A stretch of 64,000 nucleotides of DNA, taken from NCBI GenBank assembly GCA_963823665.1, contig CAWGMQ010000008.1, positions 1,408,001 to 1,472,000 of the forward strand, read 5' to 3'. This DNA comes from an uncultured Planctomycetota bacterium. GTDB lineage: Bacteria; Planctomycetota; Planctomycetia; Isosphaerales; Isosphaeraceae. The notes below the pieces were generated by a model, which searched no databases, was not told the origin of the DNA, and saw nothing but the letters and a program-made list of their open reading frames with translations. Made by a program: the position numbers and the translations under genes. Each line of letters opens with the position of its first letter. Within the stretch, counting starts at the first letter, position 1. Of this stretch, positions 54,086 through 63,414 are shown piece after piece.

Positions 54086-55274
54086 CAAGACCCGCAGACG
54101 CCGCGCCCGCGGCGCCCCGTGACGACCAAGAACGCAATCGAAATGTACGCTCTCATTCGTGAGATTGGTAAGATTCGTGGTCAAGCGTCCCCGGCCTTGT
54201 CGAACGACAGCGTCGCCACGCTTTGCACGCTCCAAATAAGTAGAAGTGGATGGGACGAAATGGGACGAAATGGGACGATTCAGCCCAAGAAAGTCTGTTT
54301 TTTCTCGCTCTCTTGAACCCCTCCGATGGCTATCCGGAACGCCTTGAAGCCGTACGGAAATACTGAGGACCAAAGAAGATAACACCACGAGGCCCGCTCC
54401 GTGCTCCCTCGCCCTGACGGGTGAAAACTCACCCCGGCCGTGGTCCGGACCTGTCCCACTCGCGGCCGAGCCCAAAACTCGGCGACATTTCGCCGCGTAC
54501 CGGTCCCCCTTTGCACGCGCAGTCCGGCTCCGTTCTTCCCACTGCGCAGGCGCGTCCATGCTGAGTAGACATCCTCGAGCACGCGCTCGAGCGAACGAAG
54601 GAGTCATTCCCGGTTCCAGAGAAGTGGGTGGCTCGCCCCCCGCGCCGACTCCAGTGTCGGCGATCGAGATCGACCTACATATATTATGCGACGGGTTTCC
54701 CGGATTTGGCCATTTCGCCGGCAAGAAAACCTGAATTCTTCTTCACGTCGCAACGGATAGAACGACCAACTCGATCGAAATTGCGAATTTGCGCGGGCCG
54801 CGGCCCAAAAACGGGGAAAACCCTAAGGCTTCAGCCCTCGGAGGAGGCGACAGCACGTAGCCAGGGTACGTCAGCCCCTGGAACTGGAACAATCGATTCG
54901 CCAAACCCGCGACCGGAACCCCCCGTGAGAGTGGTCAAGATAATTGACTGACCTCCGATCAGGATAATCGATGGAAATCGTGTGATTGGATGGATGTACT
55001 GAGTACCGGTGGCCTCTTCTCTTCTGTCCCGGATCATCGTTCCGTTCCCTCTTATCTCTAGGTGACGGAACGGGGAACGGACCGATGATCTCGCTCACAC
55101 TCGGGTGGCTAGAGGCGAAGGACAGCGGCCACGCCTCCACACGCCACCGGCATGATGGCCGTTGTTCCCGTTCTCATCTTCTCTGACAATTGTCATTGAA
55201 CGAACCTCGCGCTCGGGTTAGGATGGCCTAAAAGTCCGGCTGCGGATCTTGCTTCGTCCGGAGACGCCGCTATC

Positions 55275-56738
55275 ATGCCGACCCGATCCGAAAGCCGTGT
55301 CACGGTGAGCGGCAAGCCCTCGAAGGCGGTCGAATTGCTCCGCAAGCGGCTCCGCCTGAGCGTGGGCGGGATGATGATCGTCGTGCTCGGGATCGGGGGC
55401 GTGCTCGGCTGGGCCGCCCGCCGCGCCCACGAGCAGCGCGACGCCGTCGCGGCGATCACGACACCCCGCCGGAACACGCGAGGCCGCGTCTTCTACGATT
55501 GGCAATTCGTAGCTGGCAAGTTCGACAAGGCCTCCAAGCCGCGAGGGCCGAGCTGGCTGCGTGAGGCACTCGGCCCCGACCTGTTCGACACGGTGGTCGG
55601 AGTCACGATTGAAGGCGACAACGTGGACGATGAATTCGTGGTGAACGTCGGCAAGCTCCACGGCGTCGAGATGGTCGACGTCGTGGGGCACGCCGCCCCT
55701 GACCTGACGCCCGCCGCGATGGCCCAACTCTGCACCCTGACTCGCCTGAAAAAACTGAACACTCGGGGGGTCGCGATTCCTCGCGGGTTCGTGACCGGCC
55801 TGGCGGGAAGGACCGGGCTGCGCAGCCTCTGGTTGCCGCAGGCGGCCGTCACGGACGACGAGATGGCGATCATCGGCTCCTTTACCGACCTGGAATTCCT
55901 GCAACTGGACGGAAGCAACGTCACCGACCAGGGCTTCGCCCATGTGGCGAACCTGAAGAAGCTGACCATCCTGGACATGCCGGGTGTCCGCATCACGGAC
56001 CTCGCTCCGGTCGCAGATCTCGTGCAACTCGATCTCCTCTTCCTCGCCCCGGGTAGGGCCACTCCCGCGCGGTCCGTCCCCGGCCCCGGCGGCCCGTCGA
56101 GCCTGGGGCCACTCCGCCGCCTGACGAAAGTCACGCAGCTCACCCTGGGGACTACGCGGATCGAGGATCGAGAATTGGCGGTCGTCGCCGGGCTCCCCAA
56201 GCTCTACAACTTCATGATCGGAGGGAGGGGGATCACGGAGGCCGGTTTGGCCCGGATCGCCGAATCCAAGAGCCTGGCTTGCCTCAGGCTCGCCGACACG
56301 TCGATCGCGGACTTGCGGCCTCTCTCCCCGCGCCTCCATGCGATCTCGACCCTCTGGATGGAGAACTCCCATCTCACCGACGCCGGGATCGAGCCCCTGT
56401 CGAGGGAGATTCGACTCACGGACTTGACCATCGCGGGTTCGAGGATGACCGACGCGGGACTCAATCACCTCGCCTCGCTGACTTCCCTCTCGAGGTTAAG
56501 GCTCGATCGGTCCGCGATCACGGATGCGGGGCTCGCCCGCCTGAAGTCTCTCAAGTTACTGGAAACCTTGTCGCTGACCGAGACCAAGCTGACGGATTCC
56601 TCAGTCGAGACGCTGGCGGGATTCCAGTCCCTCAAAAGCCTCAACCTCGACGGGTCGGGGATCAGCCCGGCGGGTATCGAGCGACTGAAGCAGGCCCTCC
56701 CGAAAGCTCGGATCTCGTCGGCCAGGATGCCCGAGTGA
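55275..56738 (+). CDS. Membrane-anchored leucine-rich repeat protein (planctomycete RNI-like)
   Basis: RLRLSVGGMMIVVL..GW anchor; repeated LxxLxLxxxxITDAGLxxL. Confidence 0.9.
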   Translation: MPTRSESRVTVSGKPSKAVELLRKRLRLSVGGMMIVVLGIGGVLGWAARRAHEQRDAVAAITTPRRNTRGRVFYDWQFVAGKFDKASKPRGPSWLREALGPDLFDTVVGVTIEGDNVDDEFVVNVGKLHGVEMVDVVGHAAPDLTPAAMAQLCTLTRLKKLNTRGVAIPRGFVTGLAGRTGLRSLWLPQAAVTDDEMAIIGSFTDLEFLQLDGSNVTDQGFAHVANLKKLTILDMPGVRITDLAPVADLVQLDLLFLAPGRATPARSVPGPGGPSSLGPLRRLTKVTQLTLGTTRIEDRELAVVAGLPKLYNFMIGGRGITEAGLARIAESKSLACLRLADTSIADLRPLSPRLHAISTLWMENSHLTDAGIEPLSREIRLTDLTIAGSRMTDAGLNHLASLTSLSRLRLDRSAITDAGLARLKSLKLLETLSLTETKLTDSSVETLAGFQSLKSLNLDGSGISPAGIERLKQALPKARISSARMPE

Positions 56739-57481
56739 TCGAATGACGGTCGGCGGCAGGGCCAGCTCGCCCGGCGTGGTGGGTCGCCTCCTCCGAGCCC
56801 GCCGGCCCGCCCGCGTGGGTTCGCCGGCGGTAGTCGGCCCGTGTCGAGGCAATGGGGTATGAGAGGCGGTGCCGGACGGCCCGACGGCAGGGTGCGTTTT
56901 TCGGGGCAGGAAGCGCACCGCTGAACGAGCGAATAGGATTCTTTCCCTCTTGGGGTCTTCGCGCGAGCCGACGAACCGTGAGCCGCGTTGCGCGCGTCGG
57001 TCCGACGACACCGAAGCAGTTTCTACGAAGAATCAGCCGTGCCCTCACTTGGCAGTTCATGAACATCCCGACGGCACCTTGGAGATGGGGCGACTGAAAT
57101 GGGTGCCGCGATTCGCCTCCCCTTGGTCGGAGACCATACCCGAGGAACGGAGACGGCTGAACCGCTCACCACCACCCCGGCGCTGTGGGCTGCACGTCTC
57201 AGTGCATTGAGCGAGCGTTCCGTTCCCTGACACTCTATGAGGAACGGGGAAGGACTTGGCGAGGCCCCTCTGTTTCCAGGCCGCCGCTCACTGCGCAGGG
57301 TCGAACGCCTCGGTATGAGCCGTTCCAGCAGGGTCCGTGCCGCAGGCACTAGGTCGACCCCGGTCAGGGGGTTCCCAAGCTTTTTTCGTGGTCTTCGACA
57401 GCGTACGATCTCCTGCTGTGTCGATGAACCCCGCTGATCAAGAGCGGACACGACGCATCCTCTGCGGGTGGTCGTTGACCA

Positions 57482-58066
57482 TCACGTTATCTCGATCAGC
57501 CGACGGCCTGGGACGGTAAGCGGCGACAGGAATCGCAAGAGATACGCCCAGTCCTGGCAGGGGTCTTTGCTGCGATGGACTGCTTCCAGAAGCGACAGAG
57601 GTAGAACGAGGACGTCGACGACTGGCACGACGCGAGCTCGTGCAAGTTTCCAGAAAGGCGTCTTCGGAACGTAGTCGCGCCAGAAGCCCTGCCATCGCGC
57701 GATAGTCGCTCGGTCAACACCAAACAGGGTCGAAAGGTCGCGGACTCGGCGCGGCGTTGGACCTTGCCGCATGGCGCTGACCAAGATCACCACGGCACCA
57801 AGGTAGACCTTTCTGCCGAGAAAACGGACCGATGGCGGCGGCGTCCTCTTTCTGCAGCCATCGCGATCACAGCAGAAGCTGAACCGCGCGCGATACTCCT
57901 CCGGCAGATGATCCGGCCCGCCCCTCGGTACCCGCGGGTAGTTGGCAGATTGCAGGCGACCACCGCACGAGGATCCATTCTGCCGAGTAGAATCGGCCAG
58001 GTCCTTGTCGATCGACAAAAGGAACGACCAGAAACTCCCACTTCAATGCAACTCATGCCCTATCAC
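57482..58066 (-). pseudogene. Decayed accessory ORF of a Mu-like/IS21-like transposon (Cys-rich, DUF6431-like)
   Basis: CGGRL..ANYPR.PRG, RFSFCC..GCRKR.PPPSVRFLGRKVY. In-frame TGA at 58043-58045 after AGGAG/GTG start. No intact transposase follows. Confidence 0.7.
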
Positions 58067-58104
58067 GGTCTGCTCCTTGGACTGAGAACAGTGAAAGAGG
58101 ACAC

Positions 58105-58163
58105 GCCATGCCAAGGCTCTCACTTGATCACGCCAACTGATAGTGGTTCTCGCCAAAACCTCA
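58105..58163 (-). mobile_element. Putative transposon terminal repeat
   Basis: Minus strand begins TG-aggttttggcgagaacc and has repeated ttggcg(a/t)ga(a/t)c / ttggcatgg boxes. Confidence 0.45.
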
Positions 58164-58200
58164 AATAAGTTGATCAGAATCCGCGGATTTCGCATCGATT

Positions 58201-59004
58201 ATGTTGACCACGCTCACGAGAGGGAAGCGATTTACAAAGGCGGATCTATCGCGAATCGCATCGCTCGATGAGCACGCTCGCAAGCCGGGCCTGAAGGAGG
58301 TTCTTGCCAGCTCATTTGAAGGCGCAAGCCTCCTGGAGGCACTCTTCGAGATGGAGGCGTCCTTACGCGCTGGGTTGCGCGACCTCGTGCCAGATTTGAT
58401 CGTCGGCCCACGTGCTACCGCGCTGCTGGCTTTTCTGGGGGAACCCGACGATTTGGCCTGGCTCGTTGAGCGAGCTAGCGCCGTGGAGAACTCGATAACA
58501 GAGCGCGGAGTGGCTGGGATGGTCGTAGGGGCGATCTTGCAGCCGCGATCCGAGAAGGAATGGCTATTTATCGAACGGTGCGCACGAGGTGAATACGGCG
58601 ATGGCGACGTTCCAACAGGCGCGACCCGGACATGCGCGGTCGCAACACTCTGCTTGATCGGGTCAGCCAGAAGCCGTCGGACTCTTGAGCAACTAGACAT
58701 GGCCCATCTAGACCCGGCCCATAAGGAAACCTTCGCCGCGGCGACAGCCGCTGTTCGTTTTTTTCAAGCAGACTCAAAGGTCCTGTCGGATCGCGACCTC
58801 AATCTGCTGGCCAGCCGGTTGACTACCCACGTCAATACACTTCGCGGAATGCCAAACGACGGTCCCTACTTCAACAAGAAACGAGACAAAGCCTACATTT
58901 TCATCGATTCCCTCATTTGGTGCGACGTGAAGGGCAGCGCAACGTTTCGTCAGGTAGGCGGCATCTGGAAGCTAAGCGGACTATTTCTGGAGGCTCCAGA
59001 ATGA
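58201..59004 (+). CDS. Hypothetical protein (possibly 5'-truncated by the adjacent transposon end)
   Basis: 267-aa open frame with no recognisable motif. Confidence 0.5.
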   Translation: MLTTLTRGKRFTKADLSRIASLDEHARKPGLKEVLASSFEGASLLEALFEMEASLRAGLRDLVPDLIVGPRATALLAFLGEPDDLAWLVERASAVENSITERGVAGMVVGAILQPRSEKEWLFIERCARGEYGDGDVPTGATRTCAVATLCLIGSARSRRTLEQLDMAHLDPAHKETFAAATAAVRFFQADSKVLSDRDLNLLASRLTTHVNTLRGMPNDGPYFNKKRDKAYIFIDSLIWCDVKGSATFRQVGGIWKLSGLFLEAPE

Positions 59005-59267
59005 GTACCTTCGCCTAACCAGCCATTCGTCGGCCACAGGTCGCGCCCCTGTACCCGTTTTGGGCGGGAAACCGGGGAGTGGAACTCGGTCGCGATTGGC
59101 AGGAGATGTTGTCATGCCAAGAACAAGTACAGTAGCACGTGCTTCGCACGGACGCCGATTTCGAGCCGTTCGAGCACGTCATGGTTGAGACGCATCGGCG
59201 ACAACCACTCCGTCCCTTCGTGCAAGATCACATGCAAAACCATCCACGTCCCTGTTTCCGTCCTATA

Positions 59268-59931
59268 TCCATCTAAAAATACCGCCGTACCCGACGGCAA
59301 TACTCCGCGTATTCCTGCCTGTAGCGCTCCTTCAAATACGCCTCTTCGCGCAAGACCTGACGGTGAAACAGCCATACGCCCGCACCGGCATAAACCAACA
59401 GCATCCAGTTCGAGAAGATCAGGAATTGCCCGATCAAAATCAGCCCGAACACCACATAAATGGGATTGCGGCTCAGCGCAAAGATGCCGCCCGTGATCAG
59501 TTTATCGGGCCCGTCTGTGTCGATGCCGATACGAAAGCTCCGCCCGAATGAGACGAGACTCCACAGCAACAGCAACAGCCCCGCCAGGCAGAAGGCCACC
59601 CCCGCCCACGAGACGACCGCCGAATGGAAAAACTCCTGCGTGCTGACCGTAGCCCACCCGAATGCCGCGGCGAACACAAGATAAAAGTAAAAGAACGCAA
59701 ATGGCGGAATCAAGAAATCGGTATTATCCAGAGCACCGAATTTCATGGCATTGATCCCGCTCCTTTTCAGCAGGAAAGCCCGGGTCAATACCATCCCAAG
59801 CATCAGTAACAGGGTCAGTGCTGCGAAGTATTTCTGCATGAGCTTCCTGAAGCGTCGTCCCCCCCAGCCGACTGGTGGCGCCTCCGTCCCCCGTGCCGTC
59901 GGTGGTTCGCGGAACGTAGAGTGCGTGAAAC
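59268..59931. repeat. Direct repeat copy 1 (~660 bp)
   Basis: Near-identical to 61993-62651; gene offset 2725 bp. Confidence 0.95.
59273..59839 (-). CDS. Isoprenylcysteine carboxyl methyltransferase / PEMT-family membrane protein (copy 1)
   Basis: LITGGIFALSRNPIY, REEAYL..YAEYCRRVRRYF; several TM segments. Confidence 0.9.
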   Translation of the reverse strand: MQKYFAALTLLLMLGMVLTRAFLLKRSGINAMKFGALDNTDFLIPPFAFFYFYLVFAAAFGWATVSTQEFFHSAVVSWAGVAFCLAGLLLLLWSLVSFGRSFRIGIDTDGPDKLITGGIFALSRNPIYVVFGLILIGQFLIFSNWMLLVYAGAGVWLFHRQVLREEAYLKERYRQEYAEYCRRVRRYF

Positions 59932-60388
59932 CCACCGCCACTAAAGCTCGATCCGACGCTTTGGAAACCACGCTCATGCCGGCGCCGCCGTGCGCGGCTG
60001 GAAGCAAGCAATCTAACGCACCGCCCCGCCGCACACAACCGGATGTCGCGCACGGCCGGCACGATGCTGTGGTGCGTGCACCCCTGGACTCGCTCGACTC
60101 GCTCCCGGCCCACAATCTTGTTGAAATCAGCCAAACACCCGCGGATCATGATGCTGCGACCGACGCTCGTCATGCACAAACGCCTTGATCTTCTCGACGC
60201 GATCGAGGATCGTCAGGGTAGCCGTCCTGACACGCTCACTGCCGCTCATGAGTACGCGGCGAAACCGAAACCATCGGGGACCGGCTTCGCCTACCGTCCG
60301 ACGCCTTTCTGGCTTGACGGCCGTCTTCTTGTTCTCCCGTGCACCCGCCGATTCTGCTGGCAAGCCAGGAACTTGGGCGCTAAAGCGA

Positions 60389-61264
60389 ATGCGAATGCCA
60401 AAACGAAAGCGAGACTTGCGGAGAACGGTAATTTGGGTCGACGATGACGCGCTCTATCTGCGTTACCATGCGGATTTGCTCCGCGACTATACAGGTTGGA
60501 ACATACTTGCTACGAACACATGCGAGCATGCGCTGGCGTTGCTCTCTTCTCGGAATCCGCAAGTTTCCGCCGCCATTATCGACGTCATGATCGCGAACGT
60601 CGCCCCGCTCGATCCGTTGAGCGCAAAAGGAGGATTTGCAGCAGGCATCGCCCTCGCACGGCGAATCCGCGAAATCAGTCCAAAGCTCCCCATTCTGGCC
60701 GTGAGCCTGTTGCAAGAGGCTTCCGCCTGGTTCCGCGAGAACTCGAGGATGTCCTTTCTATCCAAGGGCTCATCCGTTGTTGACATCGCCAAAGAATTGA
60801 CCATGTTGTGGGGGAGAAAACGCGCGACGATTCCATTCTCACTCTTCATCGTTCACGGACATGATGATCTGGCAAAGCTTGAGTTGAAGAACTACCTCCA
60901 GAACGTTCTCAAGCTGGGCGAGCCCGTCATCCTGCACGAACAACCCGATATGGGCCGCACCGTTCTGGAGAAATTCGAAGACTATGCTGCCGCTGCGAAC
61001 CTGGTATTCGTGCTCCTGACGCCTGATGACAGCGCTGCCGCCGCGGACAGCGCCGAGAGTAAAAGGCGCGCCCGCCAGAACGTGATCTTCGAGATGGGCT
61101 ATTTTCTCGCGAAGCTGGGCAGGAAAGCCGGTAAGGTCCTACTTCTTTACAAGGGACCCCTTGAGCTTCCGTCGGACATCTCTGGGCTGATCTACATCGA
61201 TATCAGTGCAGGTATTCCAGCGGCTGGGGAATCATTACGTCGTGAGATCTTCTCGTCTTCGTGA
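60389..61264 (+). CDS. Receiver (REC) domain fused to CAP12/Pycsar-type TIR (predicted nucleotide-binding) domain
   Basis: REC: WVDDD, IIDVMI, AVS, LSK. TIR: FIVHGHD, ILHEQP..GRTVLEKFE, LLTPDD, RARQNVIFEMGYF, ELPSDISG. Confidence 0.88.
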   Translation: MRMPKRKRDLRRTVIWVDDDALYLRYHADLLRDYTGWNILATNTCEHALALLSSRNPQVSAAIIDVMIANVAPLDPLSAKGGFAAGIALARRIREISPKLPILAVSLLQEASAWFRENSRMSFLSKGSSVVDIAKELTMLWGRKRATIPFSLFIVHGHDDLAKLELKNYLQNVLKLGEPVILHEQPDMGRTVLEKFEDYAAAANLVFVLLTPDDSAAAADSAESKRRARQNVIFEMGYFLAKLGRKAGKVLLLYKGPLELPSDISGLIYIDISAGIPAAGESLRREIFSSS

Positions 61265-61285
61265 CAAGATCTTCAGGAGAAGCCG

Positions 61286-61669
61286 ATGAATTCGCCGGGC
61301 GGTCGTCCAGATGAAACGTCTCTTGTCCACTCCGTTGAAGCTGAGGTCCGCGTGGGCAACGAGCAGGGCCTTCACACTCGGCCATGCTACGCCCTCGGCA
61401 TGATTGCCGGCCAGTTTCAATCGGACATATCCATCGTGCTCTCAAATGGGGCCGACCGTGCATACGACGCGAAGTCGATGCTCGATTGGGCTAGCATGGC
61501 CTTGGAATTTGGCTCGTATCTCACCATTCGGGCTGTTGGAAGCGATGCAGCACGAGCGGTCGCCACGATCAAAGAAGCCGTCGAATGCGGCGATCATGAG
61601 GAAATGTACAAGTTATACGATCGACTTGCGAGGGAAAACCTGTGGCTTCCTCTCAAAGAGCGCTGGTGA
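61286..61669 (+). CDS. Divergent HPr-family phosphocarrier protein
   Basis: AGGAG RBS; NEQGLHTRP (His15 motif), DAKSML (Ser46 motif), IRAVGSDA..AV; short N- and C-terminal extensions. Confidence 0.85.
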   Translation: MNSPGGRPDETSLVHSVEAEVRVGNEQGLHTRPCYALGMIAGQFQSDISIVLSNGADRAYDAKSMLDWASMALEFGSYLTIRAVGSDAARAVATIKEAVECGDHEEMYKLYDRLARENLWLPLKERW

Positions 61670-61992
61670 CGTGGCTAAGTGCCTTGCCTCCTTTCACAAG
61701 TAATCGGCCGGTTCAGCGCGAAGCTCAGCCTTTATCCTCCACTCCTTGTGTTCAGAACCAGCCCCCCGCACGACGAGCCCGCTTCCGCTACGATTTCACA
61801 ACTCTTCCTTCGTTACCTTCGTGACCTTCTGTTCAAAACCCACAAATTTGGCGTTCACCGCTGCCCCAAGTCCGCATGGTGGAGCGACCACAGCGTGCCC
61901 GACTGGTCGCGTGCCCTATCGCACGCTACCTGCCTTCCTGCCTTCCTAATCAAGACCCCTTACCATCGACGATCTCCAATCAATAATCCATG

Positions 61993-62651
61993 TCCATCTA
62001 AAAATACCGCCGTACCCGACGGCAATACGCCGCGTATTCCTGCCCGTAATGCGCGTTCAAATACGCCTCTTCGCGCAAGACCTGACGGTGAAACAGCCAT
62101 ACCCCCGCACCGGCATAAACCAACAGCATCCAGTTCGAGAAGATCAGGAATTGCCCGATCAAAATCAGCCCGAACACCACATAAATGGGATTGCGGCTCA
62201 GCGCAAAGATGCCGCCCGTGATCAGTTTATCGGGCCCGTCTGTGTCGATGCCGATACGAAAGCTCCGCCCGAATGAGACGAGACTCCACAGCAACAGCAA
62301 CAGCCCCGCCAGGCAGAAGGCCACCCCCGCCCACGAGACGACCGCCGAATGGAAAAACTCCTGCGTGCTGACCGTAGCCCACCCGAATGCCGCGGCGAAC
62401 ACAAGATAAAAGTAAAAGAACGCAAATGGCGGAATCAAGAAATCGGTCTTATCCAGAGCACCGAATTTCATGGCATTGATCCCGCTCCTTTTCAGCAGGA
62501 AAGCCCGGGTCAATACCATCCCAAGCATCAGCAAGATGGTCAGTGCTGCGAAATTCTTCTGCATGAGCGTCCTGAAGCGGCGTCCTCCCCAGCCGAATGC
62601 TGGCGCCTCCGCGTGCCGTCGGTGGTTCGCGGAGCATAGGGTGGGTGAAAC
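61993..62651. repeat. Direct repeat copy 2 (~660 bp)
   Basis: Near-identical to 59268-59931. Confidence 0.95.
61998..62564 (-). CDS. ICMT/PEMT-family membrane protein (copy 2)
   Basis: 188 aa; differs from copy 1 at a few residues (e.g. KERYRQEYAE vs NAHYGQEYAA). Confidence 0.9.
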   Translation of the reverse strand: MQKNFAALTILLMLGMVLTRAFLLKRSGINAMKFGALDKTDFLIPPFAFFYFYLVFAAAFGWATVSTQEFFHSAVVSWAGVAFCLAGLLLLLWSLVSFGRSFRIGIDTDGPDKLITGGIFALSRNPIYVVFGLILIGQFLIFSNWMLLVYAGAGVWLFHRQVLREEAYLNAHYGQEYAAYCRRVRRYF

Positions 62652-62762
62652 TGAAGTGCGCCCCTCGGATTAGACCACCTGAGGGCCGCCTGGTTCTCGG
62701 CTCGGGTCAACGCTCCGGTGCGGCGTGAGAGGTCGGGCCATCGATATTACTCGAAGAACAGT

Positions 62763-62945
62763 TCAGCCGCCCAAGACATCGCCGAGCCAGGCCCAGGCAT
62801 AAGTCCACTTCTGGCGAGCGAGGTAGACTGTGATGCCGAGGGAGGCCGCGATCTCCTCGTGACCCAGGCCGGCGAACTGGCGGAACTCGATCACCTTGGC
62901 CGCGACAGAGTCCTCAGTCGCGAGTCGCTTGAGGGCGTAATCGAG
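62763..62945 (-). pseudogene. C-terminal (sigma4) remnant of a planctomycete-type ECF sigma factor
   Basis: LDYALKRL..AAKVIEFRQFAGL.HEEIAASLGIT..RQKWTYAWAWL. The upstream sequence is a gagaccca(a) repeat and non-sigma sequence. Confidence 0.75.
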
Positions 62946-63414
62946 AGAGACCCAAGAGACCCAAGAGACCCAGAGACCCAGACACCCATTCTCTGCAGTC
63001 GACAGTCGGTCCCCGGGAAAGCCAGACGCACGTGGCTCGCACCGGTTTGCGTCCCGCGATCGCTGGGTGCCTCGCGGCCTCCGTGGGCGAATTTCGCCAT
63101 TGTTCTCAAGAGCTCCGGCTCCCCGCCGCGCTGCCCTCGGCAAGCGTCGGAGGGGCTGACTCGAACAGGAAGCTCGCCAGCGCTGGGCTCCTGGTCCGAG
63201 GGCCAGGATCGCCTGCGTCGTGGTGCGGACGTGCTGCCCGTCCCCCTGCCGCAGCGCTGCCGGGCACGGCGGCGGGGTTTTCGGGAAAGGCGTGGAATTC
63301 GCCGCCCGATCTAGGACAATGCGTTTTGTCTCACCAAACCTCTGAACGACCTGAGAGGCCGCACGGAAGCCAGGCGCCGCCCGCGACTCCCGACTGCTCG
63401 AAGGACGGTGACCG

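Noticed and set aside
53200..55200. ORFs such as 53960..54724 and 53318..53860
   Set aside because: No motifs, and they are built from REP translations (TTNLTNLTN, QELRPP). Treated as non-coding.
59010..59115. attC-like site (gcctaac...gtt) after the 58201 ORF, and a similar atctaac at about 60011
   Set aside because: The closing GTTRRRY and internal dyad are poor and there is no integron integrase in the window. IntegronFinder would settle it.
59840..60388. N-terminal extensions of ICMT copy 1 (to 60115) and REC-TIR (from 60185)
   Set aside because: ICMT copy 2 starts at MQK, and REC homology begins just after 60389. The extensions lack support.
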